A stretch of DNA of 64,000 nt from Chrysemys picta bellii (lineage: Eukaryota): positions 13,764,001 to 13,828,000 of the forward strand of contig NC_088808.1 in NCBI RefSeq assembly GCF_011386835.1, read 5' to 3'. Positions within the stretch are counted from its first letter, which is position 1. Each line of letters opens with the position of its first letter. Both the position numbers and the translations under genes were made by a program. This document shows, piece after piece, positions 1-10,775 of this stretch. The notes under the pieces were generated by a model. It ran no database searches, was not told the DNA's origin, and worked only from the letters and a program-made list of their open reading frames with translations.

Positions 1-537
1 ACCAAGAGGATTGTGCTAGTTGCAGAGACAACTATTTTTTTATGTTTCTAGGAGGAAAACACTACTGCTCAGTGTGAAGCCCTCCCCATTCAACATTACT
101 TTTCTTTGGGACGGTCTGCCTTCTCCTGATGGAGAGACTGGCACAGAGAGGTTATGGGGCTTACCCAAGGCCACACAATAAATTTGTAGCAGAGCCAAGA
201 TTAGAACTCAGGAGTCGTGACTCCTGGCCTTGTGTTGAGATCACGCTGCCTCCCCTGCCCTCAAACAGACACTACCTCTAATAGCACATCAAGGAAGTAA
301 CGACTTCCCCTGCTGGCATGTTTTCAAGGGGCTCAGCTTGAGGATGGTGGATTCCATGATAGGACCACACTGCTAAGACTCTAGCTTTCCCTGACTGCAA
401 TACTTTTCTGTGACACTGGATTATTTACTGGACCTACTCCACGGACACTTCCAATGGAAGTCATAGAAAGTACTTTCCCAAGGGACTCAAGCCCAGTCTG
501 GGGTAGGGATTAGCAGCCATCCTGGGACCATACCAAC

Positions 538-753
538 CATGACAAACCCCATCTTGCCCACAGCCTCCTTATGGTCGTTGTCCACTTGGCAGACCAAGGC
601 ATTGCAGAGGTGTACAGCGATGCGCTGGATGGACTCGTCCTGCCGAGTAGGGTTGAGGATGTTCAGCAGCAGCTCGTTGACACGACGGTACTGGAATTCC
701 AGCTCCTCTGGGATGCTGAAGTTACACAGTGTCAGGCAGCAGTTCCGCTGCAC
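538..753 (-). CDS. ZER1: ZER1 coding exon 9 (VQRNCCLTLCNF...GKMGFVM)
   Basis: Acceptor cgtag|GTG at 753; donor ATG|gttggt at 538 (weak); 216 nt, phase 0/0. Confidence 0.92.
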
Positions 754-1312
754 CTACGGGGGGGAAGCAGAGCAAGGTTAGGGTATGCTGACATGATGGA
801 CCATCCTACAAGTATGTGCAAAACCCCATAGCACATGTACCATTGTCACTATCTTCCATCTCAACACAAACACCACATACACATGCATCACCCTCCAACC
901 CAACACCATGCTGCACATGCACTCCCCACACAATAGCTTCACCAGCCTACAGCTCAACCCTCTCACTGCATGCACACTCTCCATCTGCTACCCAGCCCCA
1001 CCACCTGCATGCTCCACATGCAATCCAAAGCCAGTCACCTTTGCCACAAATACACGGGCACCATGATCGCCTCTTTCTTCCCCCGTATTACTACTGAACT
1101 ACGTCACCAATACATCCCACATAAAATTGCACCCACCCATAAAGTGAATGCATGACCAGATATAGGCAACGGCTTCTCTAGGGCATGCCGTGGTACACAT
1201 TCAATAGGTTCAAAGTGCCCAGAAGGTACAAAGTACTGGAACTGGCCTTTTACTGGGAGGAGGGGAAGAGGGAGAACAGTGAGAGCAGGGTGAAGTTTGA
1301 CTGAGCTCTTAC

Positions 1313-1486
1313 TGTCACTTCCTGGTAAGACTCCATGCCATTCAGCACCACCTGGATCACCTGACGCCGCAGCTTCACGCTCTGCTCCATCCGATACTCT
1401 GAATTCGTTAGGTAGAAAAGGGCTGCGCTCCCAGTCACCTGGATGTTCTTATCGTACTTGTGACACTTGAGAGCTGTGATCACCAG
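1313..1486 (-). CDS. ZER1: ZER1 coding exon 8 (LVITALKCHKYDKNIQ...YQEVT)
   Basis: ttgtttctttgtag|CTG acceptor; ACA|gtaaga donor; 174 nt. Confidence 0.95.
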
Positions 1487-1694
1487 CTACAAAGAAACAA
1501 TGGGAGTTTTAGTGCCATTCAGTCCCAGCTGGGCCCCCATGTAACCGTTACCCCTACACAGGCAAAGACCAATACAAGCACTCCAGGGACAAGGAGCCCA
1601 AGGCACAGCTGGAATAGGCTGCTCAATGAGATCATAAGACACCTCCTAAAATCAAGGACCCGATTTCCATCATGCTACTGGAACTTCCTCTTTA

Positions 1695-1774
1695 GGAGCC
1701 TGATCCAAACCCCATTGAAGCCAAAGGAAATGGGAGTCTTTCCATTGACTTTAATGGGCTTTGGATCAAGCCCT
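1695..1774. repeat. Short palindromic MITE-like hairpin
   Basis: gcctgatccaaa-ccccattgaag ... ctttaatgggc-tttggatcaagc inverted arms. Confidence 0.55.
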
Positions 1775-1884
1775 AAGTCATGGGGAAAGGTTGGATTTTT
1801 GTGCGGTAAAATTCCCCTCCCCCTAAATCTGACTGTGCTCAAGGGAGGTGAGCACGGCCTGTGGGTAAGTCCCTGTGTGCTCAC

Positions 1885-2031
1885 CTGCAGTGCTCTCAAC
1901 AGCTGGTTGCAGCGCTCGATGCGGGCAATATCAAAAAGGAGATTGATGGCCCGGGACGTGATTTCGGGCCGGTGTTCAGTGTATGCCTCGATAGCGTTCA
2001 GCACCTGCTCTTCATTCTTGTCCCCACTCAC
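1885..2031 (-). CDS. ZER1: ZER1 coding exon 7 (VSGDKNEEQVL...LLRALQ)
   Basis: ccag|GTGAGT acceptor; CAG|gtgagc donor; 147 nt. Confidence 0.95.
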
Positions 2032-2625
2032 CTGGCAGCAAGGAAAGGAAAAAAAATCATGTCCAGGGAGGAAGAGACCAGCAAGAGGGGGGGTTGTTCA
2101 GGAGAAAGGCCAGCAAGAGAATGGGAGATCCGCAGGGAGAGGAGTCTGTAGGTGGCAGCTCAAATGGTGCATGCACTCTCTCAGCCCCTTTCTATATTGC
2201 TAGCAGGATTCATTCTGATGAGGCCCAAGATATCAGCGCACAGGCTGAGTTACCTCTCAGCTCAACCCTGCAGGAAGTGGTCCCTGCAGGGCAGGGTGGT
2301 ATCTCTTTGCAGGGTTATGCATGGCTCCTTCTTCTTAAGCCTCAGACACCCGTTGTCGAGTGTCCTTTGTGCTACAAGCAGGGTGGGGAATGGACAGGGA
2401 CGGGTGCATGTGTGTCTTTACCAGGCTCCTTTCTAAACGGCTGTTTTTTCCCCTCACAAACACTGCATAGGGTAGGGACCTTGCACCACTGCAGCATTCT
2501 TCCAGCTGGGGGACCCATAGTTCAAAAGGCACATGTATCACTTCCACAGAGCCTGAGAGCTCTGATAAGCTGGCAGACTCTCTAACTTCAGACCCTTTTT
2601 GAGACTTTTCCCACTGGCCCTTTAC

Positions 2626-2740
2626 CTTGTAGGCTGGAATATGCGTCAGACGACAAAGAGAGGTCTCAAAGAGGCCCAGGAACTGAAGCGGTCGTTTCAG
2701 ATCCCTGAAGGGGGCAATGCTGCTCTTTGATGGCTCAATG
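2626..2740 (-). CDS. ZER1: ZER1 coding exon 6 (SIEPSKSSIAPF...HIPAYK)
   Basis: cttttcccag|C acceptor; AAG|gtaaag donor; 115 nt, phase 2/0. Confidence 0.94.
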
Positions 2741-3614
2741 CTGGGAAAAGAAGAGATCATCCATGTGTGAGCTCTGCTTATTCAGCTCCCTCCACCACAG
2801 AGATAGTTACAGAGCTCCCTGCTGCTCTGATTACACTTCACAACAAGCCAGAGCAGCTGGGTCTAAATTCAGTCATATCCCATCAAAATCCCAGTAAGGG
2901 TTTCTTAAAGATAATCGCATCATACTCCTTGATGGGACCTTTCATCACAGATGATCCTTACTGTTCTACACAAGAAGTGAATGTGTCCAACAGAAATGAC
3001 AATAGGAATTCAGGCAGGGAGACTATAGTTACCCAAGTTTGGTTAGGACAGCAGGGGAACAACTGATGGTTATAAAAAGGACCATGGGATTTCTAATGAT
3101 CATAATTAGTCAGAAACCTGATTTTATGTCTCCTCTGAAGGACCGCCATCAGCTCAACACCCCTCTCATTACAATGAAGCATTGGGTCGGTATTGACTTA
3201 GAACACTATCAACAGTGATTGCTCCATCACCGCTGTATTCCTTGAAGATCTACAGCCTATGTTTTCCATGAATTCTGTAAAGAAGCCAGTGCTGCAGCAT
3301 AGCAGTTTTGCTTTCACACTGTAACAGCTCAGAATATGGGAGGGAAAAATTCCTGGCTGATTTGGAATGAGAGCTAAGAGTGGTCCCTGTAGATGCTGGT
3401 TGGGATTTTCAAAGGGGCCTAAGGAAGTTAGGCTCTCACTGGGTGTGGTATTGACAAATCTCAATATTAGCACTGTAATTCCAGCTCCAGTCATTTCAAC
3501 TGCAGAAGTAATTCTTTGCTAACACTTCTGAAAACTGTTGTGTAGTGAAGCTGATGCAGGAAGGCTGCTGTGCTCCTCCCCAGAACTCACTGCATTTCAG
3601 TGGTGGACAAGAGG

Positions 3615-3779
3615 TCATAGAATATCAGGGTTGGAAGGGACCTCAGGAGGTTATCTAGTCCAACCCCCTGCTCAAAGCAGGACCAATCCCCAGACAGATT
3701 TTTGCCCCAGATCCCTAAGTGGCTCCCTCAAGGATTGAACTCACAACCCTGGGTTTAGCAGGCCAATGCTCAAACCACT
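3615..3779 (-). mobile_element. tRNA-derived SINE with CR1 3' tail (tortoise polIII/SINE type), 5' end slightly truncated
   Basis: Reverse complement matches the copy at 13179-13363 (about 13 differences in about 165 nt, counted by eye); B box GTTCAATCC; tail ATTCTATGA. Confidence 0.9.
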
Positions 3780-4084
3780 TTGAGTACAGTCTGTGGAGGG
3801 CTTTGTGGTCTTTTTGGAGGGAAGTGGATGATATATAAACTATTTTTACAGCTGTCAGTAAGCGGGTAATGTATAAGGAAAAGGACAGCTGCAAAACCTA
3901 TGTGGATGTGAATGAAAGCCAGGTAAGGCTAATTAATGACTATTCTGACGCCCTCATCCATGGTAATCAATCCCACTTGGAGAGAGGCCAAGAGAGAGAT
4001 TTGTCCTTCCTGCCGCTTTCAATGAAATCTCCCCTCCCACAGATCCACAGCGACCTCCATCCCTGCCTGGCCTTCTAGCCTTAC

Positions 4085-4261
4085 CTTATCTGACCCACTT
4101 TCTCCTCAATGCTTGAGATGGTGCAGTTCTCCAGCATGGTGTGCCCTGAGATATCTAGCGAGGAGAGGTCTACCAGGTTATCCACAAACAGGCTCAGCAC
4201 CCGCCGGGTCAGCTTGAATTTGTAATAACTGGACAGGCGGTCTCGGGAAATATCCAAGTGC
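4085..4261 (-). CDS. ZER1: ZER1 coding exon 5 (HLDISRDRLSSYYKF...KVGQI)
   Basis: attttcag|G acceptor; AG|gtaagg donor; 177 nt, phase 2/2; LRR-like LSSLDISG. Confidence 0.95.
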
Positions 4262-5043
4262 CTGAAAATGAGAGCAAGCATCTCAGAGTCTGGAGAGCAT
4301 CAAGTGGGGCTTCCCCCCATCCTTTCAGGTCAAACCCAGCCCTGCAGAGACCATTCACAAGCACAACTGCTGAATTTCCAAGATACAGGGATGTGACTCT
4401 GTGAAACTAGCAGCAGGATGGAGTCCTGTGTATAACCTAAGTGCACGCAGTACCCTTGGATTATACACCAACAGATCCCTGGTGGGGGCCTGTCCAGAAT
4501 GGAGTTTAAAGAATTACTCAGCTAAATGATCAGAATGGCAACTACTGTAGGCTGAGCAACCTACCTTCCCAGTCTTCATCATAAACAGGCATCTGATCAT
4601 TTCTCTAACCATGGAACTGGCTACATATCTTCTACCTGGGGATCAAATTGCACCAGAAGATCTTCTCATCCCCAGAAAGGTGTGTTACCTCATCTCCCAA
4701 AATTAATGATAGAAGCTCTCTGATTCCTCCCTTTGTCTCTTTCTTTTCCAGACTGGATATTGTTGTATCCATGACACTGTACAGAGATCTTAATAATCTC
4801 TATTACACCAGCACCATTGTCCTATAGTTTTAAATGTTTGATGTTATATGAAAAACACAACAGAAAATTAAGTTAATAAACCATGTAATAATAGTAATAC
4901 ACTTCCTCAGTACAACTGCTACCCACAGGGGGCATGTGGTGGCTCTGGTACCCCCTACTGGACAGATGGTCAGGTATGTTCCTACTAGAATGTGTGAGAG
5001 ATAGAGAGGGACTGGGTTGCACATTAGTGATTAAAGACACATA

Positions 5044-5216
5044 GGTTGGAATTTTCTAAAGGGCATATGTGACTTAGGAGCCTAAGTCCCATTTTTAAAG
5101 TGATTTGGGCACTTAAGAGTTGAAGTCAACAAAAATCAGGGGGACTTAGGAGTTTACATCACTTTAAAAATGGGACTTAGCTCCTAAGTCACTTGGATGC
5201 TTTTAAAAATTTTACC
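5044..5216. mobile_element. Palindromic MITE-like element
   Basis: 5069-5104 and 5158-5192 are reverse complements except for one inserted base. Confidence 0.7.
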
Positions 5217-6040
5217 TCTGGTGCTTTTCTGACACGTCTAACGTGTATGAACTTGGAGCCCCCTAGTAACCACAGAGACTATAAACGATAAGACTGGTGA
5301 ACAGGCTCCTTTAATTCGAATGGTAAAACCCTGTGGATTTGGACCAGAAAATCCTGCATTCTCTTCCTGGTACCAAATGTGCAGTTTCGCTGGTGGCTGT
5401 GGTGCTCGCTGTTTGCAGCGATGGAGTCACGTGACAGCACTAATTCTCACTGCTAGACCAGGGGTGTCTATTTGCTTTGGATGACATTGTTTCCTGGATC
5501 ATCCTCTTTCCCTAACTCTGTGCTCAGAGCAATAAGGTCTGCTGCTTATTTCACATTCAATGGGCTTTGGTGGTGCTCGGTGATCAGATGTTTCAAACCA
5601 ACCACTGAGTGCTAAGTTTTTCTCTTATCTGTGAGCCAGGCTTAAACATTGGACTTCCTCATTCGATAAGCAACTTGTGGGAGTCAGTTCTGGTTTCACA
5701 CTGCAATTATTGCTGTGATACCAGCATCCAAATGTCCCCACAGACCAGGAGTAATTTTGACTGAGGATCAGGTAGAAAAATAGGGAGCCCCCTCTGAGTA
5801 CTTGATCTTGCTGTCCTCATGCAGGAAAAACCTCTACGGGCTTCAGCAAGGGCTTTGGGCTGCAAAGGGAGTGAATGATCAAGTGCTTTTGAGGGAAAGC
5901 TCTGTTCTTCCACCACCACAAACCTAAAACCTGGGATGGGGAAAATGCTCTCGGAAAATTAATCCTCAATCCTGAGCATCTCTGAGCACCTGCAACTCCC
6001 AGTGGAGAAAGAACGAGTGAGGAGGGAGGCATCTGCTGAC

Positions 6041-6477
6041 CTGAGCTTGCGGAGCTGTGAGATCACTTGGATGTGCTCCTCTGAAAGGTCCATGTTGTAA
6101 AGCACTAAGGAAACCAGACTGTCCTTCCACTGGGTCAGAAATGCCACATCATTGAGCTGGATCCCAGAGAGATCCAGGGCAGTGAGGGAGGCCAAAGGTC
6201 GAAGCAATGTCTCCACGTTCACCCCCTCAGTCATACGGCCCAGGTTCAGGAAGCGCAGGCGGCTGAAGCCCTCGAAGGTAAAGTCCTTGACCAAGACCTG
6301 GCGAGTGGGGTTCACCAGGCAGTCGTCTTCACAGCCTCCTGGGTTCTCTTCCTCGTAGAAGAGATTACTGCAGCCAAAGAGGCTGAGAGAAACTAGAGTG
6401 TGGCTGAAGCTCAGCAGGGTCTGCAGGCTCTTGGCTGTCAGCTTCTCACAGTTAATCAGGGACAGCTCAACAAGGTC
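6041..6477 (-). CDS. ZER1: ZER1 coding exon 4 (DLVELSLINCEKL...ISQLRKL)
   Basis: ccttccag|GAC acceptor; AG|gtcagc donor; 437 nt; LxxLxL leucine-rich repeats. Confidence 0.95.
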
Positions 6478-6536
6478 CTGGAAGGCAGGAAGCCAAAATA
6501 TTAGAACTACTTCACTGTCAGTTTTCCTACCCCAGT

Positions 6537-6750
6537 CCCTACAGCAACTCCTGCTCGGAAAGGCCGGGTCTGGAGTACTCAGCTCTCACACAGCCAGCGT
6601 TTCCACACCGTTCCCTACAGTGACTCCTGCTGGGAGTGACTAGGACTAGAGTACTCTGAGCTCCCACACAGTCAGTGCTCCCACTCCATTCCCTACAGCA
6701 ACTCCTGCTGGGAAAGGCTGGGATGGAGAAGCCTCAAGTTCCCCCACAGC
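6537..6750. repeat. Degenerate 76-78 bp tandem repeat, about 3 units
   Basis: ccctacag(ca/tg)actcctgct begins at 6537, 6613 and 6691. Confidence 0.8.
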
Positions 6751-6872
6751 TAGGATTCTGATAAAGCAGGTAAAAAGTACAAGTAATCTATGGTTCTGCC
6801 TGAGAGTTGTGAGTGGTCTCTGCTTTGGGCTGCTGCGGAGTGACAGCCAGGAAGACATAAATACAATACCAC

Positions 6873-7023
6873 CTGCTTTCTGATGGCTTCCAGGTCCTGG
6901 TCCTGCACTACGTCCTCCCGCAAATGGATTCGGGCTAGCCTGGTGCTCCGAGGATCTGAGAACAGGGTGAAGAAGCTCTCATGGGGTTCAAAGATGCTGT
7001 CTGCATTCACCAGCTCCACATAC
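6873..7023 (-). CDS. ZER1: ZER1 coding exon 3 (YVELVNADSIF...EAIRKQ)
   Basis: catgtag|G acceptor; CAG|gtggta donor; 151 nt, phase 2/0. Confidence 0.93.
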
Positions 7024-7456
7024 CTACATGAGAGGTAACACGGTTTATTTTCCATCCCGAGATTTGAATTTTTCAATTTAAAAAAACATTTCCCCTCTCT
7101 TTCCACCCTACTTTTTCTAAGCTACAAAATCTTTCTGATTTTTTTGGAGCTCTCCCTGGAGGACCAGAAAATGGGATAGACCAGGACCCCATTGTGGTGG
7201 GTGCTGTATAAACATAGATCTCTTTCCCTCTATCAGCTTTCCCAGCCGTGGGGCCTGTAAGGGCACACCCCTACTAGTTCTCCAGTCAACCATAGAGCTT
7301 TCCAGGAAAAACAAGCTAGGCAAAAGCTACATTTCTAATGTAAGACTCAAGCAGAAATAAGTGTAAAGTGTATGCATCCCTCCCCTCGAGTCCTGGCTTC
7401 TTCCCCCAGCTACCATCCCCGATGGACAGCAGCACCCACACAAGTCAATCACGTAC

Positions 7457-7614
7457 TCATTGACGAGCTTGTCACAGATCTCACTCGGCAGGAAGACATC
7501 GGGGTGAAGCCGGAGAGTCTCGTTGTCCAGTAGGTAGCAGAGGGTCCCCTCCAGGTTGCGGAGGCAGTAGTCTGTGCATAATGTCATCAGTGACTCTGGG
7601 CTGTCAGATGCCAT
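7457..7614 (-). CDS. ZER1: ZER1 first coding exon (exon 2; 5'UTR part probably extends to 7743)
   Basis: ATG at 7614 (aagATGG); GA|gtacgt donor at 7457; long pyrimidine tract ending ctgcag| at 7744. Confidence 0.95.
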
Positions 7615-8059
7615 CTTCAGGGAACAGTGGTGGAGGGCAGGGGGAGCAGGGAACTGTGGCAGAAGGAAGCTTTTCAATTCAAGGGATCCCTGCCCCCCAA
7701 CCTCAGGAGATTTCCAGTTGGATTTACAGGGACATTAGGACATCTGCAGGCAGACAAAAGACAGATAATCAGATAAAAGAAAAATACATTGGAAAGTACC
7801 CTGAAAATCTGCCAGTGCTTAGGGGGACACTGATGGCGAGGTTCATCTGTTGATGGCAAAGAGAGTTGCAGATGTTTGGCCGTTAGCAAATAATGCCCTT
7901 AACCTCTCTATGCCTCATTTTCCCCACCAGTAAAATGGGAATAACACTCCCCAAGCTTCCATGATGCTATAAAGGTTAGTTAGCTAATGGGAACCATGTT
8001 CATTAATTAGGTTAAATATTAGAAAAAAAGCTTCCAATCAGTGAGCTACATCAGTCTGA

Positions 8060-8218
8060 AGATGAGCCTCTTAGAGGGAAGTGGGGGAAGCCACATTGCT
8101 TGGGTCACATAAAACTAGACTGAGCAGATCACTAAAAATATAATGTAGGGCACAATCCAGCACGCAGACTTGATGGGACTTAGCAGCTTGCTCCATCTCT
8201 AACATCTAGGATTCTATT
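8060..8218 (+). mobile_element. Old CR1 LINE 3' fragment
   Basis: aactagactgagcagatcac ... ctccatctctaacatctaggattctat resembles a CR1 3' end. Confidence 0.45.
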
Positions 8219-9390
8219 TATTTTAATTTCAGTTAAACTACTTTGCTTTGTAATTAATTTGAACCTTCCCTGCAGTGCTGAAAGCTCCAAACCCACAGGA
8301 TTATACTAGACCCCAGAAGCAGGATATGAAACTGAGTAGAGACCAAAAGGAAACTGACTGGGCTACTTTTATTTTCCAAGCTGAGTGAAATGCAAAGTGT
8401 ACATAGGAGAGAAAGTTCAATCTTTATAACTTCTCTCCATTTTAATTCGCTGAGGTCTTGTCAGTAACAAAAGCCACATTCCTGCAATTCCTCCCTTATG
8501 GGCAGACTCCTACCTCTGCATAAAGCCCTCATGAAGCCAACTGGGCTTTATGTGAGTGAACCCCCACAAAGTCAATGGGGCTCCATGCAGGCACAGAAAT
8601 CCAGTTACAAGAACAGGGCAGTGACATTATTTTGAATACAATGAAGGGTCTGATCCTGTAGTCACATATATGCATGAATAACATTACTTGTGAGTAGTCC
8701 CATGTGCAAGCATTTGCAGGATCAGGTTCTCAGAGGAGCTGGGGATTTAAAGCTGACCTGTAAAAAGAATTAGGCTGGGGGCTTTGTTTTACTTTATGAT
8801 GGATAAAGATGGTCAGAAATGTTGGAGGATTTTTCCTGTTTGTTTTTCACCTGAGAAATATCAGAAATGCAAAGTCTGGTCTTCCCTGGTATTGCAGGAG
8901 AAGTTCTTGTGAGTCTCAGAAATGTTTATCACATATTACTTGAAGGAGGCATGTGAGAGAGAGCATGAGTGAGGGCAAATCTTTAACAGAGACATATTTT
9001 CGCTGAAATGTTCATTAGCTATTGGAGTTAAGTGTTTTAAGCAGCTGTACTAAAAATTCCTTCCCTTCTCTACTGCTCAGCTTTCATTCTCTTGACTCTT
9101 GGGATGGCCATGACAGACATCTGAATTTCTAGTGTAAAATCAGAGGCACACACAAAACCAAAACTTTTTTTTTAAATAAACACTTTCAGGCCTTCTTTAT
9201 ACATTATATAGAAGCAAAAACAGGCACTAGAAACCTTGTGGATACTTTCAGACAGAAAGTGCATAAGATGGGTGGTAGTTAGATAAGGTTGTACCATACA
9301 GAAGTTTTGTTAGCTGTTGCCATCTAAACATCAGAAAGAAGTTTCTTGACAAGTGTCGAAACTAAGGGCAGCAGCTAAAAAGGCATTTGC

Positions 9391-10775
9391 AATAGTCAAC
9401 ATGGTTTCTGTAAAGGGAAATCATGTCTTACTAATCTATTACAATTATTTGAAGGGGTCAACAAACATGTGGACAAGGGGGATCCAGTGGACATAGTGTA
9501 CTTAGATTTCCAGAAAGCCTTTGACAAGGTCCCTCACCAAAGGCTCTTATGTAAATTAAGCTGCCATGGGATAAAAGGGAAGGTCCTTTCATGGATTGAG
9601 AACTGGTTAAAAGACAGGGAACAAAGGGTAGGAATTAATGGTAAATTCTCAGAATGGAGAGGGTTAACTAGTGGTGTTCCCCAAGGGTCAGTCCTCAGAC
9701 CGATCCTATTCAACTTATTCATAAATGATCTGGAGAAAGGGGTAAATAGTGAGGTGGCAAAGTTTGCAGATGATACTAAACTGCTAAAGATAGTTAAGTC
9801 CAAAGCAGACTGTGAAGAACTTCAAAAAGATCTCACAAAACTAAGTGATTGGGCAACAAAATGGCAAATGAAATGTAATGTGGATAAATGTAAAGTAATG
9901 CACATTGGAAAAAATAACCCCAACTATACATACAATATGATGGGGGCTAATCTAGCTACAACAAGTCAGGAAAAAGATATTGGAGTCATCGTGGATAGTT
10001 CTCTGAAAATGTCCACGCAGTGTGCAGAGGCGGTCAAAAAAGCAACCAGGATGTTAGGAATCATTAAAAAGGGGATAGAGAATAAGACTGAGAATATATT
10101 ATTGCCCTTATATAAATCGATGGTACGCCCTCATCTTGAATACTGCGTACAGATGTGGTCTCATCTCAAAAAATATATACTGGCATTAGAACAGGTTCAG
10201 AAAAGGGCAACTAAAATGATTAAGGGTTTGGAACGGGTCCCATATGAGGAGAGATTAAAGAGGCTAGGACTCTTCAGCTTGGAAAAGAGGAGACTAAGGG
10301 GGGATATGATAGAGGTATATAAAATCATGAGTGATGTGGAGAAAGTGGATAAGGAAAAGTTATTTACTTAGTCCCATAATTCAAGAACTAGGGGTCATCA
10401 AATGAAATTAATAGGCAGCAGGTTTAAAACAAATAAAAGGAAGTTCTTCTTCACGCAGCGCACAGTCAACTTGTGGAACTCCTTACCTGAGGAGGTTGTG
10501 AAGGCTAGGGACTATAACAGAGTTTAAAAGAGAACTGGATAAATTCATGGTGGTTAAGTCCATTAATGGCTATTAGCCAGGACGGGTAAGGAATGGTGTC
10601 CCTAGCCTCTGTCTGTCAGAGGGTGGAGATGGATGGCAGAAGAGAGATCACTTGATCATTGCCTGTTAGGTTCACTCCCTCTGGGGCACCTGGCATTGGC
10701 CACTGTCGGTAGACAGGATGCTGGGCTAGATGGATCTTTGGTCTGACCCGTTACGGCCTTTCTTATGTTCTTATG
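9391..10775 (+). mobile_element. CR1 LINE, 5'-truncated, RT domain to 3' end; antisense in ZER1 intron 1
   Basis: RT motifs QHGF..GKSCLTNL, YLDFQKAFDKV, GVPQGSVL and FADD; ORF 9469-10371 ends at a premature TAG; terminal (TTCTTATG)2 at 10760-10775. Confidence 0.95.

Noticed and set aside
1460-2203. 247-aa plus-strand ORF, the longest non-repeat ORF
   Set aside because: Antisense to ZER1 exon 7, runs through a palindromic MITE and intronic DNA, and shows no recognisable domain
5402-5420. GTGCTCGCT resembling the U6 snRNA 5' end
   Set aside because: Only 9 nt match, and the rest of U6 is absent
6537-6750. Possible CRISPR-like array
   Set aside because: Eukaryotic intron; units are degenerate along their whole length, with no unique spacers and no cas genes
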